A DNA stretch of 55,116 bases, filler included, from Bipalium vagum (taxonomy: Eukaryota): NCBI GenBank assembly GCA_037834085.1. It is 3 parts of 3 records of this genome, joined end to end, with 100 filler letters (N's around TTAATTAATTAA, not from the genome) between each part and the next. Parts side by side here need not be neighbours in the genome. Positions count along the whole stretch, not along the records: positions 20,325 to 36,634 come from JBBMKC010116700.1; positions 36,735 to 55,116 come from JBBMKC010030742.1; 1 more part is not named here. The stretch is one strand, 5' to 3'. The translations under genes and the position numbers were made by a program. The notes under the pieces are model-generated. The model was not told where the DNA came from. It saw nothing but the letters and a program-made list of their open reading frames with translations, and searched no databases. Positions 27,201-39,709 of this stretch are shown piece by piece (position 1 is the first letter of the stretch; every line of letters begins with the position of its first letter).

Positions 27201-28708
27201 ATAAAATTTTTAATCAATGATTCAAATTAATTATTTTCAATTTAAATAATCGTCAGAAAATCAATCAAAACTCTATGTTGAGTGATATTTGAACGAGAAC
27301 GTTTATGTCACAGCACAACACAATGAGAAACATTGAAAATTTTATTTTTCAATGTGCTTCTTTTTGATTATCATTGAATAATTAAACAATAATTCCGGTG
27401 ATGCAACCCAACACACATTTGAATGTTAAAAATTGATTTTTACATTTTATAAGTGATTTTTTTAAAGAGAAAACAATAAATTACTTTCCACCACGGTTTA
27501 TTAATCAAAGGTCCTCGGTCGGTTTTTTGAGATCTGAACAGTTTTGGATCCTGATCCGCTTTGTAATCGGCATATGCATAGAGATCATCATTGGCAATGT
27601 CAATGATTATGACTTCCCTTTTGGCCAGGACGTCAGCGGGTAACTGATGGGCCTGAAATTTTTCAGAAGGAAAACACATTATACAATTTCGTTTTGTAAA
27701 AAATGACTAAACATTGATTTTTTTCAGAATCCATCGTCATGGTTACATCATTTCGTGAGTCACAGGTTAGTTTAATCGAATAAGAAACGAAGAACGATTT
27801 TTATAGGAGCACGTGATAGAATAAAGTTGAAATAAGAATACGTTAATAGATAATATTTTACTAATAATGATGACCTCAAAGTACAAAATTCAATTATCAA
27901 ACATAATTTATATTAATTTCAAGAATTCTCCTCAAAATCCCAAAGAATTTATTCAATTATTTAGAGTTATATTTGATAATACTGTTTAGAATAAAGAGCA
28001 GAAAAAATATGGTTCGAGCAATGATCTTTTACAAACAAATAATATCAATAAAAATATTTTCATTCAAAGACTTTCATTTGGTTTTGAAAGTTTTAAAATA
28101 AGCTCAAAATATTTCTCTTATAACTAGATTAATATTAAAAGTAATCAATAATTTATCTATTTTATGAAAAAATTTTCGACTTTTTAAAAAAATAATTGCT
28201 TACATTTTCAGAAGTTCCATCATCTCCTATATGCATACTTTCTATCTTAATGAAAAATTTATCTTTCATATAACCTGGGTTCTAAATATGTGATAAGCTC
28301 AAATACATATTAAATAATGTCACATACTGTTAATACAGTGCGACAATATGGATATGCGTTCCAAGCTTTTTCTTCCAATTGCAAAGCTTCTTTTGGAGCA
28401 AGATAGCGCACTATTCTAGGCACCTTGTTAATTAAATGATAAATTTTATATGTATATTGGCCAGTTTGGAATCTGGGATCACCATTTAACAGTTCGGGTT
28501 GAGGTACATGCTTCGCTTCAGTGAATGGTTCATTATTGAGTACTTCTATACCTTCACCACCACCGGTTTCATTTTTAGAAGCCTCTGCTACTGACCACAA
28601 CTGAGCTACTTGATATTCTTCAACGGTCATAGGAAGAATAACACGACTTTATTATTGATTAAAATTTAATGTTAATTTAGTAAAAACTCACAATTCCTTT
28701 ATCAGCAT
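24267..28708 (-). CDS. PITPNA: Class I phosphatidylinositol transfer protein (PITP alpha/beta, vibrator-like), 281 aa, 7 exons
   Basis: Exons 28708-28692, 28646-28328, 28281-28204, 27652-27485, 25593-25498, 25441-25319, 24311-24267, all GT-AG and in phase. Translation: [41 protein letters not shown]...[10 protein letters not shown]...[14 protein letters not shown]...RGPL...MCAYKLV...FKWFGLQ...[24 protein letters not shown]...VVRGTVQMD*. The symbol denotes the family; alpha versus beta cannot be resolved. Confidence 0.96.
24675..24928. repeat. Inverted repeat (about 50-bp arms, 155-bp spacer) in last PITP intron
   Basis: 24675-24724 is the reverse complement of 24880-24928 with one mismatch and one indel. 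Confidence 0.85.
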
Positions 28709-28980
28709 TTTGATTAAACTATTTTGGTTAAAATTTTGTAAATAAATTTAAACCTAAGTTCCTTTCACGTTTTAATTTATAAGTGATTTAAACTGAAATA
28801 GTAAAACAAACGTGTACACAAAAATTAATAAAAATATAATTACTATACTAATATATTAAAATTTTAATTTAGATGTTAAGATAATTTTATTTAATTTAAT
28901 TTTTAATTTAAAATATTAATAAATTTATTATTTTATTTTAAAATATTATTTTATAGTGAAATAAAAAAATACATACACAA

Positions 28981-29508
28981 ATGTTTAACTTTTGTGAGTA
29001 ACTTACTGTGTGCTGAGTATTTAAGTGATGATTTCACACAACATTTAATAATCAGCAAAAAAAATTTATATTAACAAAATATACATTCCAAAAGTATTTA
29101 TTGATATATATAAATATATAATCAATTCATCGATGACAGTAAGTTCATTTATAATTTTTAAGATATAAACATATTACCGGTAAAGATTGAAATTGGAGTA
29201 GACTCGAATCGTTATTTGGATAATGGAGATTGTTTGGAAATTTGTGGAATTATTGGTGAAAAAAGGTAATTTTTTAATATATAATTAAAAATAATCAAAT
29301 TAAAATTCATTTCAGTTTCGAAGTCATTTTATTATCAGATAATAAATCAAAATTTAAATTTTCAATAAATCAGAACTATGGTTGGGATGTTTACACCTGG
29401 GGTAAATCTACTTGTGATATTGATTCCGGATCAAATTGTTCATTTTTGGAGTACTATTCAAATAATCTATTTACTCTATGTTTACAAATCAATTGCAATC
29501 AAATTTTG
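28981..29508 (+). CDS. Putative spliced gene, divergent galectin-fold-like protein; last exon unresolved
   Basis: Exons 28981-28993 (ATG TTT AAC TTT T|gtgagt), 29163-29265 (ttttaag|...AG|gtaatt) and 29316-29508 (tttcag|...TTG|gtaaat) are phase-consistent, with one 50-bp intron. Product: MFNFYINILPVKIEIGVDSNRYLDNGDCLEICGIIGEKSFEVILLSDNKSKFKFSINQNYGWDVYTWGKSTCDIDSGSNCSFLEYYSNNLFTLCLQINCNQIL. The fold call is by-eye pattern recognition only. Confidence 0.55.
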
Positions 29509-30270
29509 GTAAATCATTACTTGGTTATTTTAATTAGTATATTTTTAATTTGACAAATTGGAATGCTTGTAGGCTTTTAATTCTAACTTGTCATTGATAT
29601 CGTTGAATATTTACCAAAACAAATTTTTATTGATCATTTTATTCAAATATAAAAAAATGACAAGCCTTTATAAAGAAAAATGCGTGGTTATAAAAATATT
29701 TATATTTTAAGATAAATTAATGTAAGAATATATCATAATGATATATAATAGCAGTTATTAGTTGCGAATAAATAAAAAGTATGTTGTTACCTTATATAAA
29801 ACTCAATATAATTATTTTCCAATTTATTGAAATAATGAATCTTGCATTTGATTAATGTATAAATATATTGACATCTTTTAGTACTCAATAATATTTATTC
29901 TGACTGGACATGTTATCTTTTTAATTTATATTATTTATTTAATATAGAAAAATGAATATTGTCTATGTACTTACCATATATAATATATATTTACATTTCT
30001 TTTCTCGTAAATTAGGCTGCTGTAACAAAAAACGAAGTTCATATATGAAAGAAATAAACATTTTCATTATTTGTTGGCAAAACAAATCGGTTTTATTAAT
30101 AGATAGATGAAAATTTAATAGGCTTATCTTTATTTAAATTTTTTATGAACTTAAGACCAATATTCTTCTAAACACGATATCACATTGGGTGATAACTTGA
30201 ATATAAGTTGTTCTAATAGGTAAATTTCAAATACTTGAAGAAAAATCTCTCTCCTTTCAGTTTATTAACT

Positions 30271-30390
30271 ATCAGGTGTACAAATTAATTCCCGCATTTT
30301 TTACGCGTTTTCAATTTAGTGAAACTGAATAAATTTATTAAGGATGTTTATTACAAATAATTTCCATCGTTTTTATGAACATTTCCTCAA
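30271..30390 (-). mobile_element. Mariner 3' terminus fragment
   Basis: TIR-like atcaggtgtacaaattaattcccgc next to a minus-strand NVHKNDGNYL* transposase tail. Confidence 0.55.
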
Positions 30391-30539
30391 AAATTTATTG
30401 TGGAATTCATTACGTTTCTTAATTTATTAAATAAATAAATAAATAATATTTTCAATAGCAGATTTACTAATTTTCATTTAAATTATTAAATATTATTTTG
30501 AAAATCTCCCAATTGGGTAATTTCTAAATACAATATATA

Positions 30540-31771
30540 CGTGGTGTGTCCAATATGGTAAAAAACAAGAAACGATCACAAAACAATTTTGTATTAATAA
30601 CAATGAATTTCCAGGTAATTATTTTTCAACAAAGTTCCCAGAAACGTAAACAAAATTTTTCCTACGAGTCATAAGTTGCGAGAAGGCATTTTTGAAGAAA
30701 TCAGGAGATTTGTCGTTCAGATAATGAGTGAAAGTCTTCTGCAAATCGTCTTTTGATGAAATTTTTACCTCTTAGTTCCTGCTTGAGGTGTTTGAACAAA
30801 AAGAAATCTGAAGGAGCCAAGCCTGGACCGTGGGAAGGATGCGGGAGCAAAATCAAGCTATAATTCTTAATTTCTGTTGTGGAAAATGTAAATATGTGCG
30901 TTGTCATGCAGATAATATAATTCAGAGACTCGGTTCTTCCTTTTCAGTGTCCTAGCTTGTTGCACTGTTGAGACGAACAAGTGATTCAACAAAAACGGTG
31001 AGAATCACGCAATTATGATCCAAAAAAATGAAGAGCATTAAGTTTTTTATGTGATGATATGTTCATCTTTCTTGAAATGGTCTCTCCTGGAAGTTTCCAT
31101 TCTTTTGATTCCCTTCTAGACTCCGGAATATAGAGAAATAAAGGTGTCTCATCCATCGTGATAATGTTATCCAGCATATGGTTCCCAACCCGTTGTAAAG
31201 TTTCCAGATTCTGTTGGCAGCACTCCAAACGGTGAGCTTGCATATCAGCAGTTAGAAAACGTGTCACGAATCGTGAGCACAACTTTCTGATGCCACTACT
31301 TGCCAGTAATGACTGAATAGTAATTTGCTAACATTTAGACGCACAGTGAGCTATCTTGTGATTTTTCTTTCATTTTGTATAATTTAATGTAGGTTTTCTG
31401 TTATTTTTTTCGCTGATTTCGCATGGCCTTCCTGATTTTTCTATGTTTACCACGGAAGTTCTTTCAGCTTTTAATTCATTGGACCATCGTTTTGTTGTAG
31501 TCCATGAAGGACTACCGTAAACTTCATCTAATTCCTTTTGAATTTCTTCTCGAGTTTTTTCTTTAAATAGAGGAAACGAATGAAGCTCCGATATTGAAAA
31601 TTTATTAAAGACATTTAAAAAATATGCGATTTATATGAAAACATAAAATAATATATTAAGACAAATATCTTACATTTACCTATAAAATATATTGCACTTT
31701 ATATAATTATAATATATTTTAATTTACATTAACCTTCCTACATTAGGCTCACTACTTATTGGCACACCATG
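30540..31771 (-). mobile_element. Full-length degenerate mariner element
   Basis: TA-flanked TIRs cgtggtgtgtccaata and tattggcacaccatg. Motifs QYRSFIRF, EKSGRP, CSRFVTRFLT, IITMDET and LLPHPSHGPGLAPSDFFLFKHLK. Confidence 0.93.
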
Positions 31772-32199
31772 TAAATAGTCATGACATGAGTTCTGTATCA
31801 TTCTGTAGCTCTAATATTCTTTTAGAGAAAAATAAAATACATTTATTTTAAAGTTCACAATGGTTAAATTTAGAAAATCATTGTTTTCCGGAATCAGTCT
31901 TAAATGAAATATAGAATGAGGAATCAAAGATATTGACTTTACAAAAATGCAGAAACTCATAAAACGAATTAATTATTATTAATTAATCAAACTTTAAATT
32001 ATTTAAGAATTTTAAGATTAAACTTCTTTTAGTCCTATTAATGGGTTTTTTCTACATTCATTTCAAATGTGTAACCTAAAATAAATATGACATATTTCAA
32101 CAAAATTAAAAATATATCCTACTATATATGTTGTTTATTAAAATCTATAATGCGATAATGAAAAATTATTTTTATTACCTTAAAATATGAAGAAAATGT

Positions 32200-32400
32200 A
32201 TACTTTCAAATAAAGCAATTACTTTCCGAATAACCTAAAAGTTAAAACAGTTGTTGAATTAGAGATGGATATAATTAGTGTTGCCAATGAGATCTTCGGT
32301 CTCGATGTTTAAGAGTCTATCTCAACGCAAGAGGTTATTATTTTGAATAAAAATATATTGAGATTTACGACCGTTCATAGTTACTAGGATTTCAATAAAA
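32200..32400 (+). mobile_element. Short mariner 3' tail remnant
   Basis: NARGYYFE* tail followed by aaatata, as at mariner 3' ends. Confidence 0.3.
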
Positions 32401-32886
32401 TTAATTTTTCCAATTTTACGTGCAATGTTATGATAAAGATAAACAAAAATATAAATAATTTTTGAAATAAAATCTGAAAATTAAAATTTATTGTTAAAAT
32501 AAATTAGACGAAAAAACGGATATACATTAAAAGTTAAACAATTTAAATTATTATTGTAAGAGTTAATACGTATGTATAAAAATTTATAATGTTCATAATT
32601 TAAATGAAACTAAAAAAAATTTATAAAAGATACATATAATTAGCTAATCAGTTTCCCAAAGTCGAAAATCGATTATAATTATTGTGAATCGTTTTATAAT
32701 ACTTGTCAATGATCTACTTGATTTTATATTCTGGAAATCAATTTTAATCCCTTGCATTATGAAATTTGAAAAGATGAAGGGAATTTTCTAAATTTTTGAA
32801 TTAGTTATGATTTTTGACAATGTATATTTAGGATATTTATCGATACTAATAAGTTTATATTTAATCTAAAGCTAACAGTAAATCGG

Positions 32887-34060
32887 TTGATAAATGAAAG
32901 TCCTAGTTTTGAAATGAGCGTTAATTTTTATCAAGATAGAGCCAACCGATTAATTGAATATTTCCAAGGATATAATAGAAATCGTAAATTGACAATTGAC
33001 CAATTTTTTACCGAAAATGTGCTAAGAAGATCAATGCAAGGCATTGCGGTTAAAGCGATTTATAGATGAAGATCATATAGAATTTATAAAGAAATCTGGT
33101 CGTCCAAAAACAATAAATACCAAAGGAAATTAAGAGAGGGTGAGATCCTCATTCATAAAAAATTCGTCAAGAATTGGTTCGCAACGCTAATGAAAATTTG
33201 GATATTCATTATAGTAATGTTCACAAAATAAAACAGACACTCGGTATGAAAACATATACTAAAAAGAAGAAACAAAAGTATATCAAGAATTAAGAGCACG
33301 AAAATGGAGCAAGTACATTTACAATAAGTAGTACCATCTGGTGGAAATTTTATTTGTTTCATTGATGATGAGACTTAAGTACCAGCAGATCCAAACCAAG
33401 TACCTGGTAAAGAATTTTACTCAGAAATACCTGGAGTTCAACTGGATTCATCAAAAAAGGTTATTAAAAAAGAAAAATATTATAAAAAGTTTTAGCATGA
33501 TAAGCAATTTCTTCCTCGGGAAAAATAAGCTTGCCTTACATTCAGGAAGGTGCAATCAAAAGCGATATTTAATTAAAAGAATGTATTAGAAAAAGATTAG
33601 TTCCCTTTATGAAATCTGTTAATGTCGAAAATGTCTTCTTTTGACCAGATTTGGTCCTTATACATTATACAAAAGATGTATTGGGGGATTTAGAGAAAAA
33701 TAACATGAAATATGTATCGAAACAAAAAATCCTCCTAACTTACCTCAAGCACGTCTTATCGAACATTTTAGAGTTTGACTAAAAGAGAATTTAAATAAAG
33801 TGTAAAAAAACAATATAATCTTAAAAATTTCAAAACCATTTGGCCTAGAATATCCAAGAATGTGGCTCAAAATCATGGAAAATCACTATTTAACAATTGG
33901 ACAAAGAAACTAAGTCAGATTTATAAAGGTATTTATCATATGTAGTTTATGTATCAGTTTGTACATCTCTTCTTTTTTCATATAAAATAAAAATATTTGA
34001 AATATTATGGTTTAAAATTATTGTTGTACGAAGTTCGCGCTACTACTTTTGAAACACACT
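32887..34060 (+). mobile_element. Degenerate ITmD37E-like (DD37E) transposon
   Basis: Motifs KSGRPK, IDDET*VPADPNQVPGKEFY (33361-33420) and F*PDL..HY.K...NPPNLPQARLIE. There are 37 residues between D and E after restoring one base. Confidence 0.85.
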
Positions 34061-35199
34061 ATATCTTTAAGTTTTTCAGACTTGATAAAATCTCTAAAAA
34101 ATTATAATAATTAAATTTATTACATTATGTGCAACATAAACAAATCAATGTTGAATTTGAAAGTAACGGATGATTCTGTTTAAAGACAAACCAGTTCTAA
34201 CAAGATAGATTACATTTCTCTAGATTCTGAATCCAGTATTCATTTATATCATGATTAAATTTCTAAGCTTGTTTTTCTATAGAAATATTATTTATTTTTT
34301 ATATTTTTAAAGAAAATAGAAACTTATTGAAATTTCATGAGACTTCTTTTTAATTATTTACAACAATATTTGATTGAATAAATTAATTTATGCTAATTAC
34401 TTTATCAATTGTAATGGAGTTGACTATGTTTATATAAATAAAAATAACTATATTAAAAGTTTTAAATAAAAATTATATATAAATTTTTATTTTCCAATGA
34501 ATTCATTGATTAGAGGTAACATGACAACATCAGATTTTGTCTAACTCAATTTTCTATCAACTTTCAACCAAAATAAATTCAAATAAATAAATAAATGATT
34601 ATTTAAAAACTAAAACTTTTTAATTCTAAATTTGAAGTCTAGAAAATAAATTTTTATTTTACTAAATATAAAAATATTTCCTAATGTTTCTTTAAATTTT
34701 AGTTTTAATAAAGGTTATTATCGAAATTTATTGTTTTAATAACTTATTTTTAAATATTACTAATATTAAAATATCATAAATAAAAAAATATACATAGAAA
34801 GTAATTTGATTTTAAAATATTTACTTTAAATATAGTGGAATTTTATTGATTTCTACTTCATATATTTCACAGTGTTTATGGTTAGATGAAAATAAAAAAA
34901 AATCATTAGTATTGAGGATGGCTTATTTAATATTATTATATTACCTCTAAACCATGAAAAGAAGATTTGTTATTTTACAATAAATAATAAAAAAAGTTAT
35001 TTTTCAAATATCAACCTGACATTCCATTTTATGAGCTGAAAATGATAGCAAAAATTAAATAAATATTAAATTCAAATATACTATCTATTAAAACAAAATA
35101 TCAATATACCTATTAACAAAAAGTATTAGTGAAAGCCTTTAATTTATGAATATAATTTTAACTTTAAAAAATTCTCATGAATTATTCCTCAACTCAACA

Positions 35200-36000
35200 G
35201 ATCCGCAATAATATAACATTAATAGAAGTTATTCATGTTTAATATTTACATCCACATCTCTGGAATCAATAATCTGGTTAATGGTACAAGATTTCGTCCT
35301 GAAAATAGAAGTAAGTTCTTCTTTGATAGACCGAAATTCGACCCACAATTCATTCAGGTTATTGCAAATAGATTTTGGTATCGTTTACTTAAAGAATGAA
35401 AAAAAATCCAATATCACTTACGTTTAATTCTGAAGGTTGAACCGATTGATTTGTAACAATTACTGTTGGAATTGTACTGTCCCCAAAGTCATATAACTTT
35501 TGAGCATTGTTTTACCAACATGTTGACGAGCATTATCCATTTGAATGAAAACGTTTTTGAACCAGTTTATCCTATTTGAAACTGCAGTCATAATTTCATC
35601 ACACATCAGTTCGTAAAAATCAGTTCATTTCAACTTTTTAGCTTCTTGATCATCTGATAGAAGTGGACATGTTCTTCGAGATACGAGTCTGAATTTTTCA
35701 TCTTTAATAATTCTTTTGATACTAGTTTTTAAAATGACAATCTACTATGAAATGTCACAGATGCTACTGGAGCAACGTTTATAAATGACATTTTTACTCC
35801 TACGATCATACTCCGTACTTTTCATAACAAAGTCTTCCAAAGTCTTGTTTTCTAGCAAATGAACCACTTTTCAAAAATTTGTCTCGAAAATTTTTTTACA
35901 TAGTTTTTAAATACATTAAATGTCTTGCATAAATTTTAGACCGTTCAGTATTTCGGTTTCCATCCTTAACAGTAATCTATTATAATTGAATATTAAAAGC
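35200..36000 (-). mobile_element. Degenerate DD39D/DD40D-like (plant-mariner-type) transposon, internally deleted
   Basis: Motifs RTCPLLSDDQEAKKL, VFIQMDNARQHVGK and NQSVQPSELNVSDIGFF; compare IFIQQDNA..H and QPPNSPD.N.LDLGFF. Confidence 0.72.
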
Positions 36001-36544
36001 ATTTTATCTTTTACAGATAGAGTTGAAATTTAAAGTCTTCTTAAAGTCTAATAAAATATCTATTTAAAACAACATCTAAATCATTTGATGAAAATTAATA
36101 TAATTAAAAAATCCACTTTTGATGGTTTTGAAGTAGTATATAAATATTATAGTCAGTATAATTAAACAAATAAAATGAAGACTTCATATATGTACTTTAT
36201 AATAAATTCATAACGCAGAAATTATATTTTAAATACATTTAACAATTGTGAAAATATTTATTATGTATTTAATGAGTTTTTGTTTTAAATATTTGTTTTT
36301 TATATTTTCTATTAGTGAACAATTAAATTGATTTTAAATGAAAGGTGCCAATTTGTTTTTATACTGTACGTATTTCATAGATATTTAACATTTATTTAGA
36401 TAACGAATCAAATAAATAAATAAAAATATATATATATAAAGCAGAAAATTACATATTTGCTTATTAAAAGAATAAATCTGTAAATATTTCAATATTATTA
36501 AAATTGTGAAAATTGAATTGACATTTGAATATTCTAAGTTTTAA

Positions 36545-36584
<40 letters not shown>

Positions 36585-36591
36585 GTTATTC

Positions 36592-36634
<43 letters not shown>
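36545..36634. repeat. (TTA)n microsatellite at contig end
   Basis: Near-perfect run before the second spacer. Confidence 0.97.
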
Positions 36635-36734
36635 NNNNNNNNNNNNNNNNNNNNNNNNNNNNNNNNNNNNNNNNNNNNTTAATTAATTAANNNNNNNNNN
36701 NNNNNNNNNNNNNNNNNNNNNNNNNNNNNNNNNN
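36635..36734. other. Assembly spacer N44-TTAATTAATTAA-N44
   Basis: Same 100-nt construct as 20225-20324. Confidence 0.97.
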
Positions 36735-36990
36735 GTACGGAATTAAATGTTCAAATAAAAGAGGTGTTCAGCTAACAAAGGTGTTCATTTATGCAGGTTT
36801 CACTGTATTATGAAATTATATTTGCAAGTCTTATCTAAAATTGTCACTTTTAAATTAAGATACAATTAAAATACAGTGAAACCTCATTTATTCAAAATGC
36901 GCTGGACACAATGCTTTGGAATAAATTATCCGAGTCCTTTGGGACTTAAAACAGTTTTCGAATTAGCAAAGTTTGCGAAATAAAGATGTC
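36735..36990. mobile_element. Two pogo/Tigger-type termini (CAGTGAAACCT) back to back
   Basis: aggtttcactg+TA ends at 36805-36807, and TA+cagtgaaacctc starts at 36872-36874. Confidence 0.6.
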
Positions 36991-38141
36991 TCATTGTGGA
37001 GACTCAACTCAACCAGCGTCATCATTTCCCAGGTCGTTAAAAACACCCAAAATCTTCCCACAACCAACCAAATTGCTCCCCGTGGCAACAGAAAATGCTC
37101 CGGCCAAAGAGCAAAAGAAACAATGACATTTAGAGATTATATCCTTTCATGATAATATCTGTGTATATTCTTGCATGTAAAAATGTCTTTTATTTGTGTG
37201 TTTTTGGTTTAATAAAAAAAATTGTAATTATATTGTAAATCGTTCTTGATAGATTAATTAATTAATTAATTAATTAATAATAAATAAATAAAATATTTTA
37301 TATATTTGTACATTTAATAAAAAAAATTATAAAAGGTCAAATAAAAATAACTAAAAATAATAAAAAAAATAAATAAATAATAATATTAGCAGGCAATAAA
37401 GAAAATAAATTCCTAAATAGAAATAAAATAGGTAAAAAATAATATAAAGGAAAAAGCAATTTCTATTTAAAGAAAGTCAAAGAAAATTATTACTATAAAA
37501 AGGACGATTGGAAATTTAAGAACAACAAAAACCTAAATAAAATTCTTGCAAAGAAACAGGCAATATTTCAATACAGCACAAGTTATAACTCAGAGAGACA
37601 TTTCAACCATCAACATCAATAAAAACAAGTCTACAGATCCTAAAAATTAACGCACTGAAGATTTTTAGTATAAAATAGAACCTATCTTTAAAAGGATGCC
37701 AAAAATTAAGAAGATATGAAACGTCTGAAAGAAACAGTATTCCGAAGGCAGTCGTCAATCAATCCGAAAGCCGAACTTAACAGAACTCAAACATCATTCC
37801 AATAGCAGTCATTATACTATGGCTATAAGTAAGTTTCTTTTTGGTAATTGAAAAATAAATAAAAAATTATTAGTCTTGTTTTAATTGATTAAAGCAAAGA
37901 AATTGCACAACATTTTTGGACTTCTAATAATTTGTTCAATTCTTTTAATATTCAAGTGAAACAAAGTGTTAAAACAGGAAAGTACTAAATATTTGTGGTC
38001 ATCTAATAATATGTTCCACTCTTTTAATATTATTATTTTTATATAAGTGATATTTCAACTTGTTTCAAAGTATAAAAGATATTAAAAAAAAAGTATAAAA
38101 GTATATAAATAAAAGTATATAAATAAAAAGTATATAAATAA

Positions 38142-38686
38142 ACCATCATATACTCTACAAAAGACATCGGGCTCTCAATTTTTAAAGACGAGATCTTCGA
38201 ATCAATTTCATAGTCATAAGGTATTTGAACACATTTGTTGATATTTTCAATTTTTATAATTTTTGTGTGATTCCAACAATTCTTAATTGTTTCCGAACTG
38301 ATTTCGTCCCATGATTTTGTAATAAATCTAACAGCTGTAATTAAATCGATTTTTCCTCGTCCATTAATATTATCGTTTTCATCAATTTTTCTCACCAGTT
38401 CTTTAATAAAAAGTATCTATACCTTACTTTGAAAGCAGCAATAATGCCTGCACCCAGAGGCTGGAGCTTCGAGGTTGTATTGGGAATTAAATATTGAATC
38501 TTTACATTGCTTAATGTATAGTCTGTAATTAATGTATGCGTAATTATTTTTAAAATTATTTGAAAAATTATGGGAAATTATGGAATTTGTGAAAATAGAG
38601 GTTTTGTTAAAATTTTTAAGGACAAAAAATGTCCCAAAAGCTTTTTGTAAAATTATGCCGAGAGTGAAATTATACATTGTTGACTG
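38142..38686 (-). mobile_element. Tigger/pogo deletion derivative, same family as 20325-21478
   Basis: 76 of 84 aa are identical to the 20749 ORF. The same TIR (gtgaaattatacattgttgactg+TA, ending 38686) is joined through about 150 bp directly to the middle of the transposase. Confidence 0.93.
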
Positions 38687-39709
38687 TATATGCTTAGTAC
38701 AGCACAACACGGTGGACTTATAAAAAACACTATGTTTGAGTTACTTTCATTATTCATTAGATCGTATCTTCAAAGGGGTCAAACAATTATTTAGAGTCCT
38801 GAAAGAAAAAAATCATGTGTCTATCTACACTTCTGACAAAATAATAGAAAGGGAGATTTCTTTGGAAAGAAAAAACTCAGCTCAATGAGATCAGGAAGAT
38901 ATGGCATATTATAAGAATGTAAAACCAATTGAAACTTTATTTTGATTTAAAAAGCCGACAAATAACCAAAATATCTTAAATGATCAATATGGACCAAACG
39001 ACGAAATCACAATTTTGATTCTTAACAATTCATAGATATATTTTAAAACACTGTTAAAAATTGTGTTGGTAATTGCGGACTTTATATACTCATATGTATA
39101 CTGGTATATCAAAACACATGTTCACAGACCACCTTAAGTATTTTCTACAAATTTGAAACCAAGAGCAAAAGTCAGTGTACAGACTTAGCTAAACTTTGTC
39201 CAGTCCTTTGTACATCATTTGATGTATCAGACTGGTATAGAAAGCACTTTGATCGTTTTCAAGTCATCGGAAATTGGCTATGAAAAGAAATGTATCGGTA
39301 GAAAAAGTTTGATAGGGTTACCAAAATGATAACCGTTCTCATTTTAATTGCAGCAGATTTGTATCAGAATTGGTACCTTTTTTTTCAAACATCGGAGATA
39401 ATTGTAAAACATCCGATTGTATAATTAAGTTGAAGTTACATAATCAGACTTACACGTTCAAGCGGTGACATGGTCGCCGTAATATCATTTAAACAAACAT
39501 TTTCATTTAAAATAAAAAATAACCATTTAATCAATGAATGGTTATTATTTGAGTGAAAAGTTAGGAAAGCAACACTTATCAAACAATGAAAGAGCAAACA
39601 TTTCTATGCTAATACCATACATCATGTATCACAATCACATATGTAAAAAAATTTAAATCAATCTCATTATTGCTTATCACATGTTTGAATTTGATTTTTC
39701 ATTTTTATA

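Noticed and set aside
38740-39400. Possible LINE/RTE C-terminal remnant
   Set aside because: Only a vague resemblance; no diagnostic motif was readable.
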